Shown one piece after another: positions 20,751 through 31,984 of a DNA stretch of 64,000 nucleotides; positions within the stretch are counted from its first letter, which is position 1, and each line of letters opens with the position of its first letter. The translations under genes were made by a program, and so were the position numbers. The DNA comes from Candidatus Latescibacterota bacterium (GTDB taxonomy: Bacteria; Latescibacterota; UBA2968): the NCBI GenBank assembly GCA_965205975.1, contig OZ242195.1, positions 3,808,001-3,872,000 of the forward strand, read 5' to 3'. A model generated the notes under the pieces. That model was given only the letters and a program-made list of their open reading frames with translations, had not been told where the DNA came from and did no database searches.

Positions 20751-21560
20751 ATGCCAAATGCTACGTATCCTATTACGCTTAGAAATGCGACGCCAGAGAC
20801 TACCCCTTTGGGCGAATTGGCAAAACTGATTGAAAAATTAGATGTTGCCATCATTGAAACAGCTCGTGACCGCAACATAGAGTTGCCCGAAGATGAGGCT
20901 GTTGTCTCACTGGTAAACATTGAAAAGGGTAGCAATCGCCTCGTTTTTACTCTGGCACCTTTCATGTGGCCAATTCTCGCTGAATTAACCCATTCGATTG
21001 AAGAAGGAGATTTTGTCGCACTCCCCTCAAAAGCACATAATGCACTGTATGATATATCTCGTCAGGCAAAAAAACAACACTGGGACGTTTTGTTTCCAGA
21101 GCAACAGGGCCACAAGAACCAGGACCAGATGTATCATATTCAGAAAACCGAAATATCGACACAGCGACCAATAACGCCTCCAAAACCTCAATTCATTAAA
21201 GGCACAACCACGATTTTTGGTATGTGTGTGAGAGTTGGAGGAAAAACACCTAAGGTGGATCTATCATTGGCCAATCGCGATCGGTTGCTCCACTGTGAAA
21301 CGACCAGAGAGATTGCAGTTCGTTTGTCGCGTAGCCTCTATAAAAATGTCGCTTTATTCGGACAAGCTTTGTGGCATCCCGACACTTGGGAATTGGTCGA
21401 GTTCAAAGCTACAAAGATCGCCAATCAGGTATATGATGATTCACCTGTAAAAGCTCTTGAAGAAGTTTCTAAAGTCGTTGGCGATCAGTGGAAAGATGTT
21501 GATGTCGTGGAATTTGTCAATAATGTTCGTTCGGGTGATACGGGTCGGGATGGTGCTTAA
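20751..21560 (+). CDS. Hypothetical protein, partner of the PIN toxin
   Basis: 269 aa, AGGAGG RBS, 3 bp before the PIN gene; lower GC than flanks. Confidence 0.7.
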   Translation: MPNATYPITLRNATPETTPLGELAKLIEKLDVAIIETARDRNIELPEDEAVVSLVNIEKGSNRLVFTLAPFMWPILAELTHSIEEGDFVALPSKAHNALYDISRQAKKQHWDVLFPEQQGHKNQDQMYHIQKTEISTQRPITPPKPQFIKGTTTIFGMCVRVGGKTPKVDLSLANRDRLLHCETTREIAVRLSRSLYKNVALFGQALWHPDTWELVEFKATKIANQVYDDSPVKALEEVSKVVGDQWKDVDVVEFVNNVRSGDTGRDGA

Positions 21561-21563
21561 ATT

Positions 21564-22043
21564 ATGGTTTGTCTTGACACACACGTTATTATTTGGGGCA
21601 TTAAAGAGGAGGCAGCACCGGGTCAAGAAAATATGGTGCAACGTGCCAAAAGTTACATCAAACATCAGGTTAGTCAGGGAGTTGATTTAATGATCCCTGC
21701 ACCTGTTGTAGCCGAAGCACTGATACGTGGTGAAGTTGATCACCTGCGAACCATCCGAACCATTATTGAAAGTTCTTTTTTTATTTCTGCTTTTGATTCT
21801 CCTGCTGCTTTTTTGGCTGCAGAATTAGAACGAAGCCGGGGAGTCGTTGAATTACTCGAAGAGGGGCAAGTTTCACGTAGCCATATAAGAATTGACACCC
21901 AAATTGCTGCAATAGCGATCACCCAGAACGCGGACATGATCATATCTCATGACCCACATATGCGCACGGTCGCACAGGATCGCATTCAAGTGGTTGAAAT
22001 ACCAGATATCCCCGAGCAAGAAAATTTACAATTTGAGCAGTAG
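21564..22043 (+). CDS. PIN-domain (VapC-like) nuclease
   Basis: CLDTH, VVAE, DTQIAAIA, ISHD acidic PIN residues. Confidence 0.85.
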   Translation: MVCLDTHVIIWGIKEEAAPGQENMVQRAKSYIKHQVSQGVDLMIPAPVVAEALIRGEVDHLRTIRTIIESSFFISAFDSPAAFLAAELERSRGVVELLEEGQVSRSHIRIDTQIAAIAITQNADMIISHDPHMRTVAQDRIQVVEIPDIPEQENLQFEQ

Positions 22044-22057
22044 TGCCTTCCTATCCT

Positions 22058-25000
22058 CTATCCTACAGCCCACCCCTCTGAAAGCACCTCCGCCTGTCTC
22101 AAAACCGTAAGCGTCGCGCTGTCCGCTTTATCCGGCGGATACCCGTGCTTGCGCAGAATGCGCTTAACCAACCGGCGCAAATTCGCGCGCACATTCTCTC
22201 GCAGCGTCCAATCAATCGTCACATTGTCCCGCACAGTCCGCACCAATTCGCGGGCAATGGTGCGAAGCGTCTCATCGCCCAAAACTTGAACCGCACTATC
22301 ATTGGTCTCAAGCGCATCGTAAAAAGCCAGTTCATCCTCACTCATACCAAGACTTTCACCCCGCGCCTGAGCCTCGCGCATCTCCTTCCCCAGCTTAATC
22401 AACTCATCAATAATATACGCCGCCTCAATCGTGCGATTCTGGTAGCGATGGATAGTCTGCTCCAGCATATCGGCGAACGACCGCGCCTGCACCACATTCT
22501 TCCGCATGCGACTCGAAATCTCACCCTTGAGCAACTTCTCCAGCAACTCCACCGCGAGATTGCGCTGCGGCATCCCCCGCACCTCAGCCAAAAACTCGTC
22601 AGACAACACCGAAATATCCGGCTTGTCCAAACCCGCCGCCGCAAAAATATCCGTCACCTCGTCGGACGCCACTGCACGCGAAACAATCTGACGCACTGCC
22701 AGATCCAATTCCTCCTGAGGCCGCGCATCAACTGGCGCGCGCTTACCCAGCACCGACCGCACAGCTTGAAAAAACGCCACATCATCCCGAATACGCCGTG
22801 TCTCCTCGTGCGGCACAGCCAAGGCAAAAGCCTGCGACAATTCCCGAACCGCCTGCAAACAGCGATCCTTACCATCCCTCTGCGCCAGAATATGCTCCTG
22901 TGCCGCTGGCAACAAACCCAACGTCTCCGGAGGCGTACCAGTAGCCCATTTGGATCGATCAAACCCGTAAAATAAACCACAACAAATTTCGTACTTCTCC
23001 CGCAACAACACCACCGCTTCTTCCTGATTGAGCGCAGTCTTCCCCGTACCCCCGCTCTCGGTATAAGTCGCCAATGCGTCCTTGAGTTCTTGGGCAAGCC
23101 CCAGATAATCAACCACCAGACCACCCGGCTTATCCTTAAACACGCGGTTGACACGCGCAATAGCCTGCATCAACCCGTGCCCACGCATGGGCTTATCGAC
23201 GTACATCGTATGCAAACTGGGCGCGTCAAACCCCGTCAACCACATATCGCGCACCAGCACAATATTCAGCGGATCAGACGCATCGCGGAACCGCTGCGCC
23301 AGAGCCTCGCGCCGCGGCTTATTGCGAATATGCGGCTGCCAGTCACCCGGATCGGACGCAGAGCCAGTCATCACAACTTTGATATTCCCCCTATCATCAT
23401 CTTCATCATGCCATTCCGGACGCAAGCGCACCAGTTCCCGATAAAGGTCAATACATATCCGGCGACTCATACAAACAACCATCGCCTTGCCATCCAGCAC
23501 CTCAAGACGTTCCTCAAAATGGGCAACCATATCCTCGGCAAGAAGCCTCAACCGTTTCTCCGTACCCACAATTGCCTCTAATTGCGCCCATCTGGTCTTG
23601 AGTCTCTCCTTCCGCTCTACTTCCTCACCCTCTGTCGCCTCCTCAAAATCCGGATCAACCGTCGGTTTCTCTTGCACGTCCAATGACAGCCTCGCCAGAC
23701 GACTCTCGTAGTAAATCGGCACCGTAGCGCCATCCTCTACAGAACGCTGGATATCGTAAATACTGATATAATTGCCAAACACAGCGCGGGTATTCGCATC
23801 TTGCAACTCAATAGGTGTTCCGGTAAAACCAACAAAAGAAGCATTGGGCAGGGCATCGCGCATATGCCTCGCGAACCCATCGATAAAATCGTACTGGCTC
23901 CGGTGCGCCTCATCGGCGATAACCACAATATTACGCCGTTCCGAAAGCTCCGGATGGGTATCGCCCTTCTCCTCCGGAAAAAACTTCTGAATAGTCGTAA
24001 ACACCACGCCCCCTGACACCACAGAGAGTTTTTGACGTAAATCAGCGCGGTTGCTCGCCTGTGTTGGCGCTTGACGCAACAAATCTCGACAACGAGAAAA
24101 CGTACCAAAAAGCTGATCATCCAGATCATTGCGATCCGTCAAAACCACAATCGTCGGATTCTCCATCACCGGATCCCGGACAATAGCCCCCGCATAAAAA
24201 GCCATCGTCAAACTCTTACCCGAACCCTGCGTATGCCACACCACCCCAATCCGCCGATCACCCGGCGCACCTCCCGGCTGCTGGCCCGATTCATAGCGTC
24301 CACCCCCCTCGGCGACCCCACGCCCCGCCTGCTGCAACTCCACTGCACGCCGCGTCTCACCCACCGCCACCCGCACCGCGTGAAACTGATGATAACCCGC
24401 CATCTTCTTCATCAGCGCACCGCTGCCATCATCCTCAAAAACAACAAAATCGCGTACCAGCGAAAGAAAACGCCCGACATCGCAGACGCCTTCGAGCATC
24501 ACCTGCAATTCGGGCATATTGGAATCAGCCAGACCTTCACCTGAAATCGTACGCCAGGGCTTAAACCACTCCCGTCCTGCTGTCAACGTACCAACCCGCG
24601 CCTCCACCCCATCCGAAACCATCAAAGCCGCATTCATCGCAAACAGAGACGGCAACTCCGCCTTATACGTCTGAAGTTGCTGCCACGCCGTCCATATCGT
24701 GGCATCCTCATCCACCGGATTCTTGAGTTCAATAATCCCCAGAGGCAAGCCATTCACGAACAGCACAACATCCGGACGTCGGGTATTCTTATTCTCAGTA
24801 ACCGTAAACTGATTGACCGCGAGCCAGTCATTATTGGAGGGATCATCAAAATCGATAACCTTCACTTGCGCCCCACGCACACCCCCACCCGCATCCCGGT
24901 ACTCCACCGTAACACCATCCACAATCAAACGATGAAAAGCGCGATTGCGGAACGCCAGCGATGTACCCTCAAGACGAGTCAACTTGCGAAAAGCATCATC

Positions 25001-25618
25001 CAAAGCGCCCGCAGGAAGACCGGAATTGAGCCGCGCGAGCGCATCCTGCAATCGTCGCCTCAGAACCACATCTCCATAATCCGCTCGCTCTGCATCCAAC
25101 GTATCAGGAGCAATATCGGGACCATGGGCAACGCCCCAGCCGAGGTCCTCTAGATAGGTGAGGGCAATGTCTTCAACAACTGATTCAGTGAGGGATTGAG
25201 ATCTTCCGTTCGTATTCGCGGCTTGCCAAGTGTTGTTGTAAAGGGCATCAGATACGCGCATGACTGCCTGCGCTACACGAAGCACGGCTGTCTCCAGCGT
25301 ATCATTTACACTAGATCTGAGCACCAACTGGCCACTATAAAATTCTATACCGAGGGATCGGCATATTTCTTTGATTATCAAATTCTGTTGTAGCGATGGC
25401 TGAGTGTTTACCGATTGCATACGAAGCCAACCCAGAGCATCGCCGAAATCTGTGACAATATAGCCATTGTCGCGATCTAAAACGAACACATCCACTATGC
25501 CGCCATCAGGATACGTCAGCGGCGTTCGCACCCGCACCCCTTCTTGCGGAGCCGGTGAACATTCGAATCGCGACGACAGCATTTTGCTAATAGTGGCGCA
25601 GAGTTTGTCGGAGTTCAT
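22058..25618 (-). CDS. hsdR: Type I restriction subunit R with N-terminal DUF1828-like fusion
   Basis: PDVVLFVNG...IELK nuclease, [20 protein letters not shown]; ~140 extra N-terminal residues ([16 protein letters not shown]...TDFG) before SLTESVVE. Confidence 0.95.
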   Translation of the reverse strand: MNSDKLCATISKMLSSRFECSPAPQEGVRVRTPLTYPDGGIVDVFVLDRDNGYIVTDFGDALGWLRMQSVNTQPSLQQNLIIKEICRSLGIEFYSGQLVLRSSVNDTLETAVLRVAQAVMRVSDALYNNTWQAANTNGRSQSLTESVVEDIALTYLEDLGWGVAHGPDIAPDTLDAERADYGDVVLRRRLQDALARLNSGLPAGALDDAFRKLTRLEGTSLAFRNRAFHRLIVDGVTVEYRDAGGGVRGAQVKVIDFDDPSNNDWLAVNQFTVTENKNTRRPDVVLFVNGLPLGIIELKNPVDEDATIWTAWQQLQTYKAELPSLFAMNAALMVSDGVEARVGTLTAGREWFKPWRTISGEGLADSNMPELQVMLEGVCDVGRFLSLVRDFVVFEDDGSGALMKKMAGYHQFHAVRVAVGETRRAVELQQAGRGVAEGGGRYESGQQPGGAPGDRRIGVVWHTQGSGKSLTMAFYAGAIVRDPVMENPTIVVLTDRNDLDDQLFGTFSRCRDLLRQAPTQASNRADLRQKLSVVSGGVVFTTIQKFFPEEKGDTHPELSERRNIVVIADEAHRSQYDFIDGFARHMRDALPNASFVGFTGTPIELQDANTRAVFGNYISIYDIQRSVEDGATVPIYYESRLARLSLDVQEKPTVDPDFEEATEGEEVERKERLKTRWAQLEAIVGTEKRLRLLAEDMVAHFEERLEVLDGKAMVVCMSRRICIDLYRELVRLRPEWHDEDDDRGNIKVVMTGSASDPGDWQPHIRNKPRREALAQRFRDASDPLNIVLVRDMWLTGFDAPSLHTMYVDKPMRGHGLMQAIARVNRVFKDKPGGLVVDYLGLAQELKDALATYTESGGTGKTALNQEEAVVLLREKYEICCGLFYGFDRSKWATGTPPETLGLLPAAQEHILAQRDGKDRCLQAVRELSQAFALAVPHEETRRIRDDVAFFQAVRSVLGKRAPVDARPQEELDLAVRQIVSRAVASDEVTDIFAAAGLDKPDISVLSDEFLAEVRGMPQRNLAVELLEKLLKGEISSRMRKNVVQARSFADMLEQTIHRYQNRTIEAAYIIDELIKLGKEMREAQARGESLGMSEDELAFYDALETNDSAVQVLGDETLRTIARELVRTVRDNVTIDWTLRENVRANLRRLVKRILRKHGYPPDKADSATLTVLRQAEVLSEGWAVG

Positions 25619-26064
25619 AACATCATTCCCCCTTGCGTCGGAGTCGGTTCGAGCATTATACCGGAATGTCGTAGATTTGCCTCGTCACAGAATTGCTTCC
25701 ACACCTCTACGGGACGGTTCCATGGTTCGGTTATATCTGCTGGCACGTATGCTTCCGTGTCTCGAAAGCCCTCCTGCCAGCGGTGTTTATGCATTTCACC
25801 CACAAGCTGGCCATCAGGGTTGCGATGGTCCGCCCCTAGATCAAGGGCATAGATTCTTCCCATTGTTCGGTGGATGATTGCATAAGATAACTTTCCCGAA
25901 AGTGGGTTGTACCAACCATTTACGAATATAGGATACCCAGAATCCGAGTTCACTTCCATCCTGAATCCCTTAGCCATCGGATGATCGTCATCTTCCCAGA
26001 CAATGTCTCCAGAAATTTCTTTGGTATCGTCTGATATAATTGCCTCAAATTCCTGCTGGGTCAT
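25615..26064 (-). CDS. Hypothetical protein, DUF6978-like
   Basis: [12 protein letters not shown]...HKH motif; ATGA overlap with the DUF1828-hsdR gene. Confidence 0.7.
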   Translation of the reverse strand: MTQQEFEAIISDDTKEISGDIVWEDDDHPMAKGFRMEVNSDSGYPIFVNGWYNPLSGKLSYAIIHRTMGRIYALDLGADHRNPDGQLVGEMHKHRWQEGFRDTEAYVPADITEPWNRPVEVWKQFCDEANLRHSGIMLEPTPTQGGMML

Positions 26065-26066
26065 AG

Positions 26067-26141
26067 TTAGTGAGTTTCCTTCAAAAACCTTTCCACATCT
26101 TCAGCCCTCACCCTCAACTCACTCTATCACCATTTGGGTAA
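26067..26141 (-). pseudogene. Eroded hsdS 3'-end scar
   Basis: Reads LPKW**SELRVRAEDVERFLKETH*, aligning without gaps to the HsdS tail LPKLISGELRV. Confidence 0.6.
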
Positions 26142-26307
26142 TGAATGGAATCTCACGTTCAGATTCATGACGGTCTGGGATTTCAAGATCAGTCCCGCGT
26201 AGCATGTTGTCAATCAACCACTGCCCCATGGGTTTGTGAGGTTCGGAAAGGCGAGTCTTAGCTTCTGCAACGGTCCAGATCTGTTTGGATTTAGAACACC
26301 TCATCAT
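26119..26307 (-). pseudogene. Phd/YefM-like antitoxin with an apparent internal deletion
   Basis: WTVAEAKTRLSE (Phd N-terminus) joined directly to a C-terminal segment; the core is missing. Confidence 0.55.
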
Positions 26308-26475
26308 CAAGTCTCCAAAAAAAGTTAGTTCAATATAGATCACATCGGCCTTTCCTGCAAGACCGACACTGTTATAGGACACGACCAGTCTAAACCTTGG
26401 ATAAACTACTGACATTACACAAAAACCACCGCGGCAGCCACATGGGCAAGTGGTACATATCTTTCACATGACCGT

Positions 26476-26916
26476 CCATTCATGAAGCCACCTGAAAGGA
26501 TGGCCTCGGATGCGTAGTTACATCAGCGTATTCACACTGCCCGGACGCGCCCCATCGCTCGGTCGCCCAAAGCCGATTATCTTGCTGGCATGGTGGCCTT
26601 GAGCAAGTTGGTATATGAGTCTGAAACCATTTCTGCTATCATTTTCAAGGAGGGCATCATGGATCTCATCCGCGAATCATCTCTTTTTTAATCCCTTACC
26701 CAACAAAGCAGAGAGGAAAGTTTTGAGCAAGGAGGCAGGCAACGCGCCATTGAAGATCTTTTCGATGTACTGGAGATCCGATTTGATATGCCCGAAACAC
26801 ACATCCTATCTGCTCGCATTGCCGCCATCGAAGATTTGCAACGCCTCAGGCAGTTGCACCGTGCAGCGGTACAAGTGCCCAATCTCGACGCATTTCAGAG
26901 CGTGTTAGATGCGTGA
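26476..26916 (+). pseudogene. Remnant of an Rpn-like (recombination-promoting nuclease family) C-terminal region
   Basis: Frame PFMKPPERMASDA*LHQ...IRESSLF*...DVLEIRF...IEDLQRLRQLHRAAVQ with stops at 26515 and 26689. Confidence 0.6.
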
Positions 26917-26933
26917 TGTGATTTTTCAGGAAA

Positions 26934-28817
26934 TCATGTGTCATCGGCGTCGATATCGCGAAGTAATTGCTTCACCTCGTCCACTAAGTCCGTATCGTTG
27001 GCATTCTGCGCCAGTTCAAGCGCAGTCTCTAAGTCCTTCCGTGTCCCGTCATTTCGCCCCAATGCAACCTTCGCATTCCCTCGGTTGTAATATGCTTCGG
27101 CAAAGTCTGGTTTCAACCGAATCGCCTCATCATAATCAGCGATAGCGTACTCATGCTGGATTAATTTGTCCTTCGCAGCACCCCTATTGCAGTAAGCTTC
27201 AGCGTAGTCTGGTTCTAAAAGGATAGCTTCATCATAGTCAGCGATGGCATCTTCGTAACGGCCCAGATCGGCCTTTGTATCCCCCCGATTGCAGTAAGCG
27301 TCGGCATCATCCGGTTGCAATCGAATCGCCTCATCATAGTCAGCGATGGCATCTTCGTAGCGATCCTGTTCAGCCTTTGCATCCCCTCGATTGCAGTAAG
27401 CTTCAGCGTAGTCTGGCTTCAGCTGAATCGCCTCATCATAGTCAGCGATGGCATCTTCATAACGACCCAAGTCAGCATTCGCGATACCCCGGTTGTTGTA
27501 TGATCCGGCGTCGTCTGGTTCCAATCGAATCGCTTCATCATAGTCAGCGATGGCATCTTTGTAACGACCCTGTTCAGCATTCGAAATACCCCGGTTGTTG
27601 TAAAATCCAGACAAGTCCGGCTTCAGACCGATTGCCTTGTCATGGTCAGCTATAGCGTCTTCGTAGCGATCCAAGTCAACCTTCACACTCCCCCTATTAC
27701 TGTATGCCTCAGCGAAGTCTGGTTGCAGGCGGATCGCTTCATCATAGTCAGAGATGGCATCTTCGTATTGATCCAATGCGGCCTTCGCATTCCCTCTGTT
27801 GTTGTATGCCAGGAAGAAGTCTGGCTTCAATCGGATCGCTTCGTCAAAATCGACAATGGCATCCTCATGGTGGCCTAAGTCAGTCTTCGCAGATCCCCGA
27901 TTATAGTATGCATTGGCGTAGTCTGATTTCAACCGAATCGATTCATCATAGTCAGAGATGGCATCTTCGTTCCGATTCAGAACGGCCTTCGCATTTCCCC
28001 GGATGTTATATGCCTCGGCGAAGTCTGGCTTCAATCGGACCGCTTCGTCGCTGGCCAATAAGCTATCTTCCGGATTTTCATCCGAGAATAGATAGCTAAC
28101 AGAATACCAGGCTTTGGCAGCGAATTCACCGTCGCTTTCCTCCGCGACCAGGGCAACGGCACGCCATTTCTCGATTGCTTCGTCTGTCTTGCCTTGCTGC
28201 TCGAGAAAAACGGCCTGGACAATTGCCTTATCTATCGGCGATACCGTATATTTTTCGCCCTCGTTAGTAACGACCTTCCCCACTTCTTCAAGTTTATCGG
28301 CAACTGTTTCGGCGTTCATACGCCGATTAATCTTATCAATAGATTTACCCTCAAGTGCTACCGAAATAGGAGTCTCCAAACCTGATGAACTTTTTTCAAA
28401 AAATTGAATTTGTTTTTTAATTTCGGATTTGGCTTTTTCAACGCTATCGAGATCTCGGTGATCAACTCCTATTGTTCTCATTGGCCTGACATCAAAAGGA
28501 ATAGCCTCGACTTTGTCAATGATCTGTACGAGCGGCTTGCGGACGGCATGTCGAATGGCTAATTCATAAAAAACGTTGGGGTTCTGTCCTGTTAAATCGG
28601 CTATGACTAAAGGATCATCTACAACATGTCGAATTATCTGATTAGTAATAATACCTGGCTCAGCGATCTCGTCCGCACGAACAGCTTTGAAGCCACAAGT
28701 CTCCACTGCCGGACGAATAATGTGTTTTAAAACCTGATCGGATCGTTTGCGAATATCGGACTCTGGTTCGCCGATGGGCGCAATTACGAAACAAATCTTC
28801 TCGTTAGTATCTGCCAT
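26934..28817 (-). CDS. Nucleoside 2-deoxyribosyltransferase-like domain fused to ~11 TPR repeats
   Basis: CFVIAPIG...RADE...ADLTGQNPNVFYEL...PFDV, then 34-aa repeats AYxNRG...AIADYDEAIRLxPD. Confidence 0.85.
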   Translation of the reverse strand: MADTNEKICFVIAPIGEPESDIRKRSDQVLKHIIRPAVETCGFKAVRADEIAEPGIITNQIIRHVVDDPLVIADLTGQNPNVFYELAIRHAVRKPLVQIIDKVEAIPFDVRPMRTIGVDHRDLDSVEKAKSEIKKQIQFFEKSSSGLETPISVALEGKSIDKINRRMNAETVADKLEEVGKVVTNEGEKYTVSPIDKAIVQAVFLEQQGKTDEAIEKWRAVALVAEESDGEFAAKAWYSVSYLFSDENPEDSLLASDEAVRLKPDFAEAYNIRGNAKAVLNRNEDAISDYDESIRLKSDYANAYYNRGSAKTDLGHHEDAIVDFDEAIRLKPDFFLAYNNRGNAKAALDQYEDAISDYDEAIRLQPDFAEAYSNRGSVKVDLDRYEDAIADHDKAIGLKPDLSGFYNNRGISNAEQGRYKDAIADYDEAIRLEPDDAGSYNNRGIANADLGRYEDAIADYDEAIQLKPDYAEAYCNRGDAKAEQDRYEDAIADYDEAIRLQPDDADAYCNRGDTKADLGRYEDAIADYDEAILLEPDYAEAYCNRGAAKDKLIQHEYAIADYDEAIRLKPDFAEAYYNRGNAKVALGRNDGTRKDLETALELAQNANDTDLVDEVKQLLRDIDADDT

Positions 28818-28832
28818 GTTTATCTTATCTCT

Positions 28833-28958
28833 CTAATTCTCAGTTTCGTTCCTAACAATAGGCGTAGAGAATGTTAAGCGCAACATCCTCGACACCAGCC
28901 TTGGCAACAATGTATCGTGGGACAACTCGTTCAATATCGGCTTCGGTGATGGGGTCAT
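28833..28958 (-). other. Hybrid hsdR-start::hsdS-end junction ORF (41 aa)
   Basis: ATG ORF containing HDTLLPRLVSRMLR (8/14 identical to the local HsdS tail RDALLPKLISGELR); the shifted frame next to the ATG reads ITEADIE, like an HsdR start. Confidence 0.65.
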
Positions 28959-29835
28959 GACATATTCCTATGTCTTTGCCTGTGCGCCTACTTTTTCTCA
29001 ACTCTGTTGGTTTCTAAATTTTCGAGAAAATAAAATAACTGGTGAACCGTGAGTATGCCGATCACCGCGGATTTTTGATTGAACTTCTCCGCAGCAGCAA
29101 CACCATGCGCGACACTGTGCCTGGCGATGTCTGAGGCGTCAGGATTGAAATGCGCAAAATATACATCCTGAAGATAGTTAGAAAAACGATGTGGTAAGAG
29201 CAAGCTCTTATCATTTCCTATTTTAGAGGCCACTGCTGACTCCGTCAAATTTCTAGGAGAAGGATGCGACTGAGAGCCCAGACTGGTATGATGAGTACGT
29301 AGGATTCCTTCTATGCGAGGAAATAACAATCCAGTACAGCTCATATAGTCATCATCTTGAAACCGTTCGACAGCACGTTCAAGAATATCAATGTGAGGCA
29401 TGAATGAAGAGTGTTTACCCCAGCTATGCAGCATTTGTGATGTACGACTCTTAGTTTCGGAGACAATATCATCAAGATTTTCGTCTGGGTCCCAGCCAGA
29501 TTGAATATGATTTATCAAGGTGTCAATCATGTTATAGCTAAGCCCCATGAACGGGAACCATTGTGCGGAAAACAGGGCATCCCATTCAGCATCGGAGATG
29601 CTAAACCTTTCTTGAAATGTAACTTGACCTAAAACTGCGCTGATATCATATTGGCGTAGCGGAAGACTTGGCCCGCCGATGGGTTCGAAATCATAAAAAA
29701 GCCCCTTTCGCCATCCGACAGAAAATACAAATAAGACGCCAGCATCATCCGGTATCTGTACCCCGAGTTTGACGTCCTCTATATCAACAATGTCACCTTT
29801 TAGAACTTCTTCCCCTGCCTTCATTGACCTTGCTA

Positions 29836-31229
29836 GTGCATCGTGGCAAAAGTCATTGGTGTTATAGATTAAGGGGTCTTCCGGTATAGGTCCATTTAAA
29901 CGGTTTGGCCATGGTTTTGTTGAAAAAGGCAATGAAATCCAAAAGCGATTGCTGGAGGTCTTGGACAGAGGTAAAACTCCCTCTTTTGAGTAGGCGTCGC
30001 ACGAGAATAGAAAACCAGCATTCAATCTGATTGAGCCACGAGGCGTGTTTAGGGGTATAAACAAAGCGCACTCGGTGGGCTTGATTGCTGAGGAAGTCGG
30101 CCCGGGTTTGCATAGATTTTAGAATCCCGTATTTGCCTTTTTCCCCTAAATCGTCTTGAATGTCGCACACATCAGCCACCCATCGGACTAAGGCTTCCGA
30201 TTTATGGGTATTGAGTTGATCCACGACAAAGACCCACTCACCTTTTGGGTCTTGTGCAAAGGTCTGTTGGATGTGCGTCTTAAAATCTTTCTCTGTTCGT
30301 GTTAGGGATAAGGTTGGGGCAATCACCTGCCCTGTGGCGACTTCAAAATTGCCAATCAAGCAACAGGTGCCATGTCTTTTGTATTCAAACTCCTGATGTT
30401 CAACCCGTCCCTGCTTCATCGGTAGGGTGGGTTTGGCACGTTCTTTGGCCTGTATGCCCGTTTTTTCATCTGTGCTGATGACATGCACACCTTCTTCGTG
30501 AAGGTCAAGAGCAGATTGATATAAGGCACAGACCTTTTCACTTGCCTCGTAAAAGGCTTCTTTATCTTCATCAGGGGGACGCGCCCAATACCGGACTTGA
30601 TGCGGCTTAAGATCGGCCTCTTTTTAAAAAACGTCCCACACTGCGAACTGAAATATCAGGGACGATGCCGCGGGCGATGACTGCTTCACGCAAGACTTGA
30701 GGCGTCCAATGGCTGATGGGATACCCACACGCTTTGGGGGCTTCACAGGAGAGGGCCACAATCTTTGTGACCACCTGTGCCGAATACCTCACAGGCGTAC
30801 CTGGACGGGGCGCATCCGATAGGAGGGATAAGACCGCATCGGACAAGGCACGGCTATCGCCCTCGGCTTCCATCGCTTTGAGAGCCTCATAACCTGCCAG
30901 CCAACGCTTGCGCCAGGTAGAAACTGTCTTTGGATCTGCGCCGACTTGTGCGCTGACTTGACCGATGCCTAACCCTTCACTGCTTAACAGGATCATACGC
31001 GCACGGCGGGCATGGTCTTGGCGACTGGTATGGCGTTGGACAATGTGTTCTAAGACGCTACGTTGCATCACGCTGATGGGCAACGGGCTGGCTTTTTTGT
31101 AATAACCGGGCATGGACACCTCGATGAGACAGGCACTATAAACGGGATCGAATTTTATCTGAAGGCTTGGCGGACACACAAAGATAAGCAATGCTGATCA
31201 TACAAGGAACCTTTTTTGCCACGATGCAC
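29836..31229 (-). mobile_element. IS630-family insertion sequence (1394 bp)
   Basis: Perfect 16-bp terminal IR GTGCATCGTGGCAAAA; flanking TA duplication in a CTAG context. Confidence 0.95.
29862..31113 (-). CDS. IS630 transposase, two ORFs joined by a probable programmed frameshift
   Basis: HTH ORF 30607-31113 and DDE ORF (DEKTGIQA, DQLNTH, SWLNQIE); TTTTTTAAAAAG slippery run at ~30620-30631. Confidence 0.9.
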
Positions 31230-31497
31230 TAGACGAATATTCATGTGTATATCTAACTCGTTCACGTAAACATCTGCTTTACCGTCACGACGACAAATAG
31301 CAAGCAAGTGATCTACTTGCGAAGGGGAAGTCTGAGACGGCAATCGTTGCAGGATATCGTTGGGAAGACCTTCGAGTCGTTGAATAAAATGTTGACCGTC
31401 CTCAGTCGATGTGAATTCACGATAAGCTATCTGAGCTTCTTCACCCTCTTTGACAGATGAAAGAAGATAACCAGCTGGTGGATTTTCAAGGTCAATT

Positions 31498-31614
31498 TCA
31501 ACGGACACTTCCACCTCCTCTTACATGCAATTCTCCCGAAATGAGCTTCGGCAGTAGTACGTCACAAACAGACGGTATCTTTTTTACAACAGCCTCTGTG
31601 AATTGTGTACTCAT
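31498..31614 (-). other. Hybrid hsdR-start::hsdS-end junction ORF (38 aa)
   Basis: MSTQFTEAVV-KKIPSVC-DVLLPKLISGELHV-RGGGSVR*; compare local HsdR SLTESVV and HsdS DALLPKLISGELRV. Confidence 0.85.
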
Positions 31615-31984
31615 GGACCATGCTCTCCCTTGATCTAAGGAGATCCAATGCTAATTTTTCCGTCTTCATTTGTTGCCTGTTGAGAAAGCCATGTGACTAT
31701 TCGTTTAGCGATCTCATCGGCCTTCCCAGATTCCGTCCCAAACCGGATCAAGACGCGTTTACACGCGACCTTGATTCTCGCTTGAATCGGTTCTCGATTT
31801 CTCCAGTCCAAGGCCATATTCGTATCCACTGTAGCAAGCAGTGAGTCAATAAGTTGCTCTTTGCCAACTATGACCCTTGGGTTTACACCTTCTGATGTAA
31901 GGAATGTTTTCAATCCTGAGCGAAGAGTATCGAAGGTGCCATCATATACGGACAGAACTGCCGTGACAGGCCCTACCGCTTTCA

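Larger units (their letters stand above)
28988..31514 (-). pseudogene. HEPN-motif protein (376 aa reconstituted) interrupted by IS630
   Basis: Removing the IS and one TA restores ...MNIRL|ARSMKA... in frame; C-terminal RHSVAH (Rx4H). Confidence 0.85.

Noticed and set aside
27000..28120. 102-bp tandem repeats as a possible CRISPR or VNTR array
   Set aside because: They are in-frame TPR coding repeats with no repeat-spacer structure and no cas genes.
29834..30064. ORF-track N-terminus of the 358-aa protein
   Set aside because: IS630-derived sequence; the true N-terminus lies at 31514-31230.
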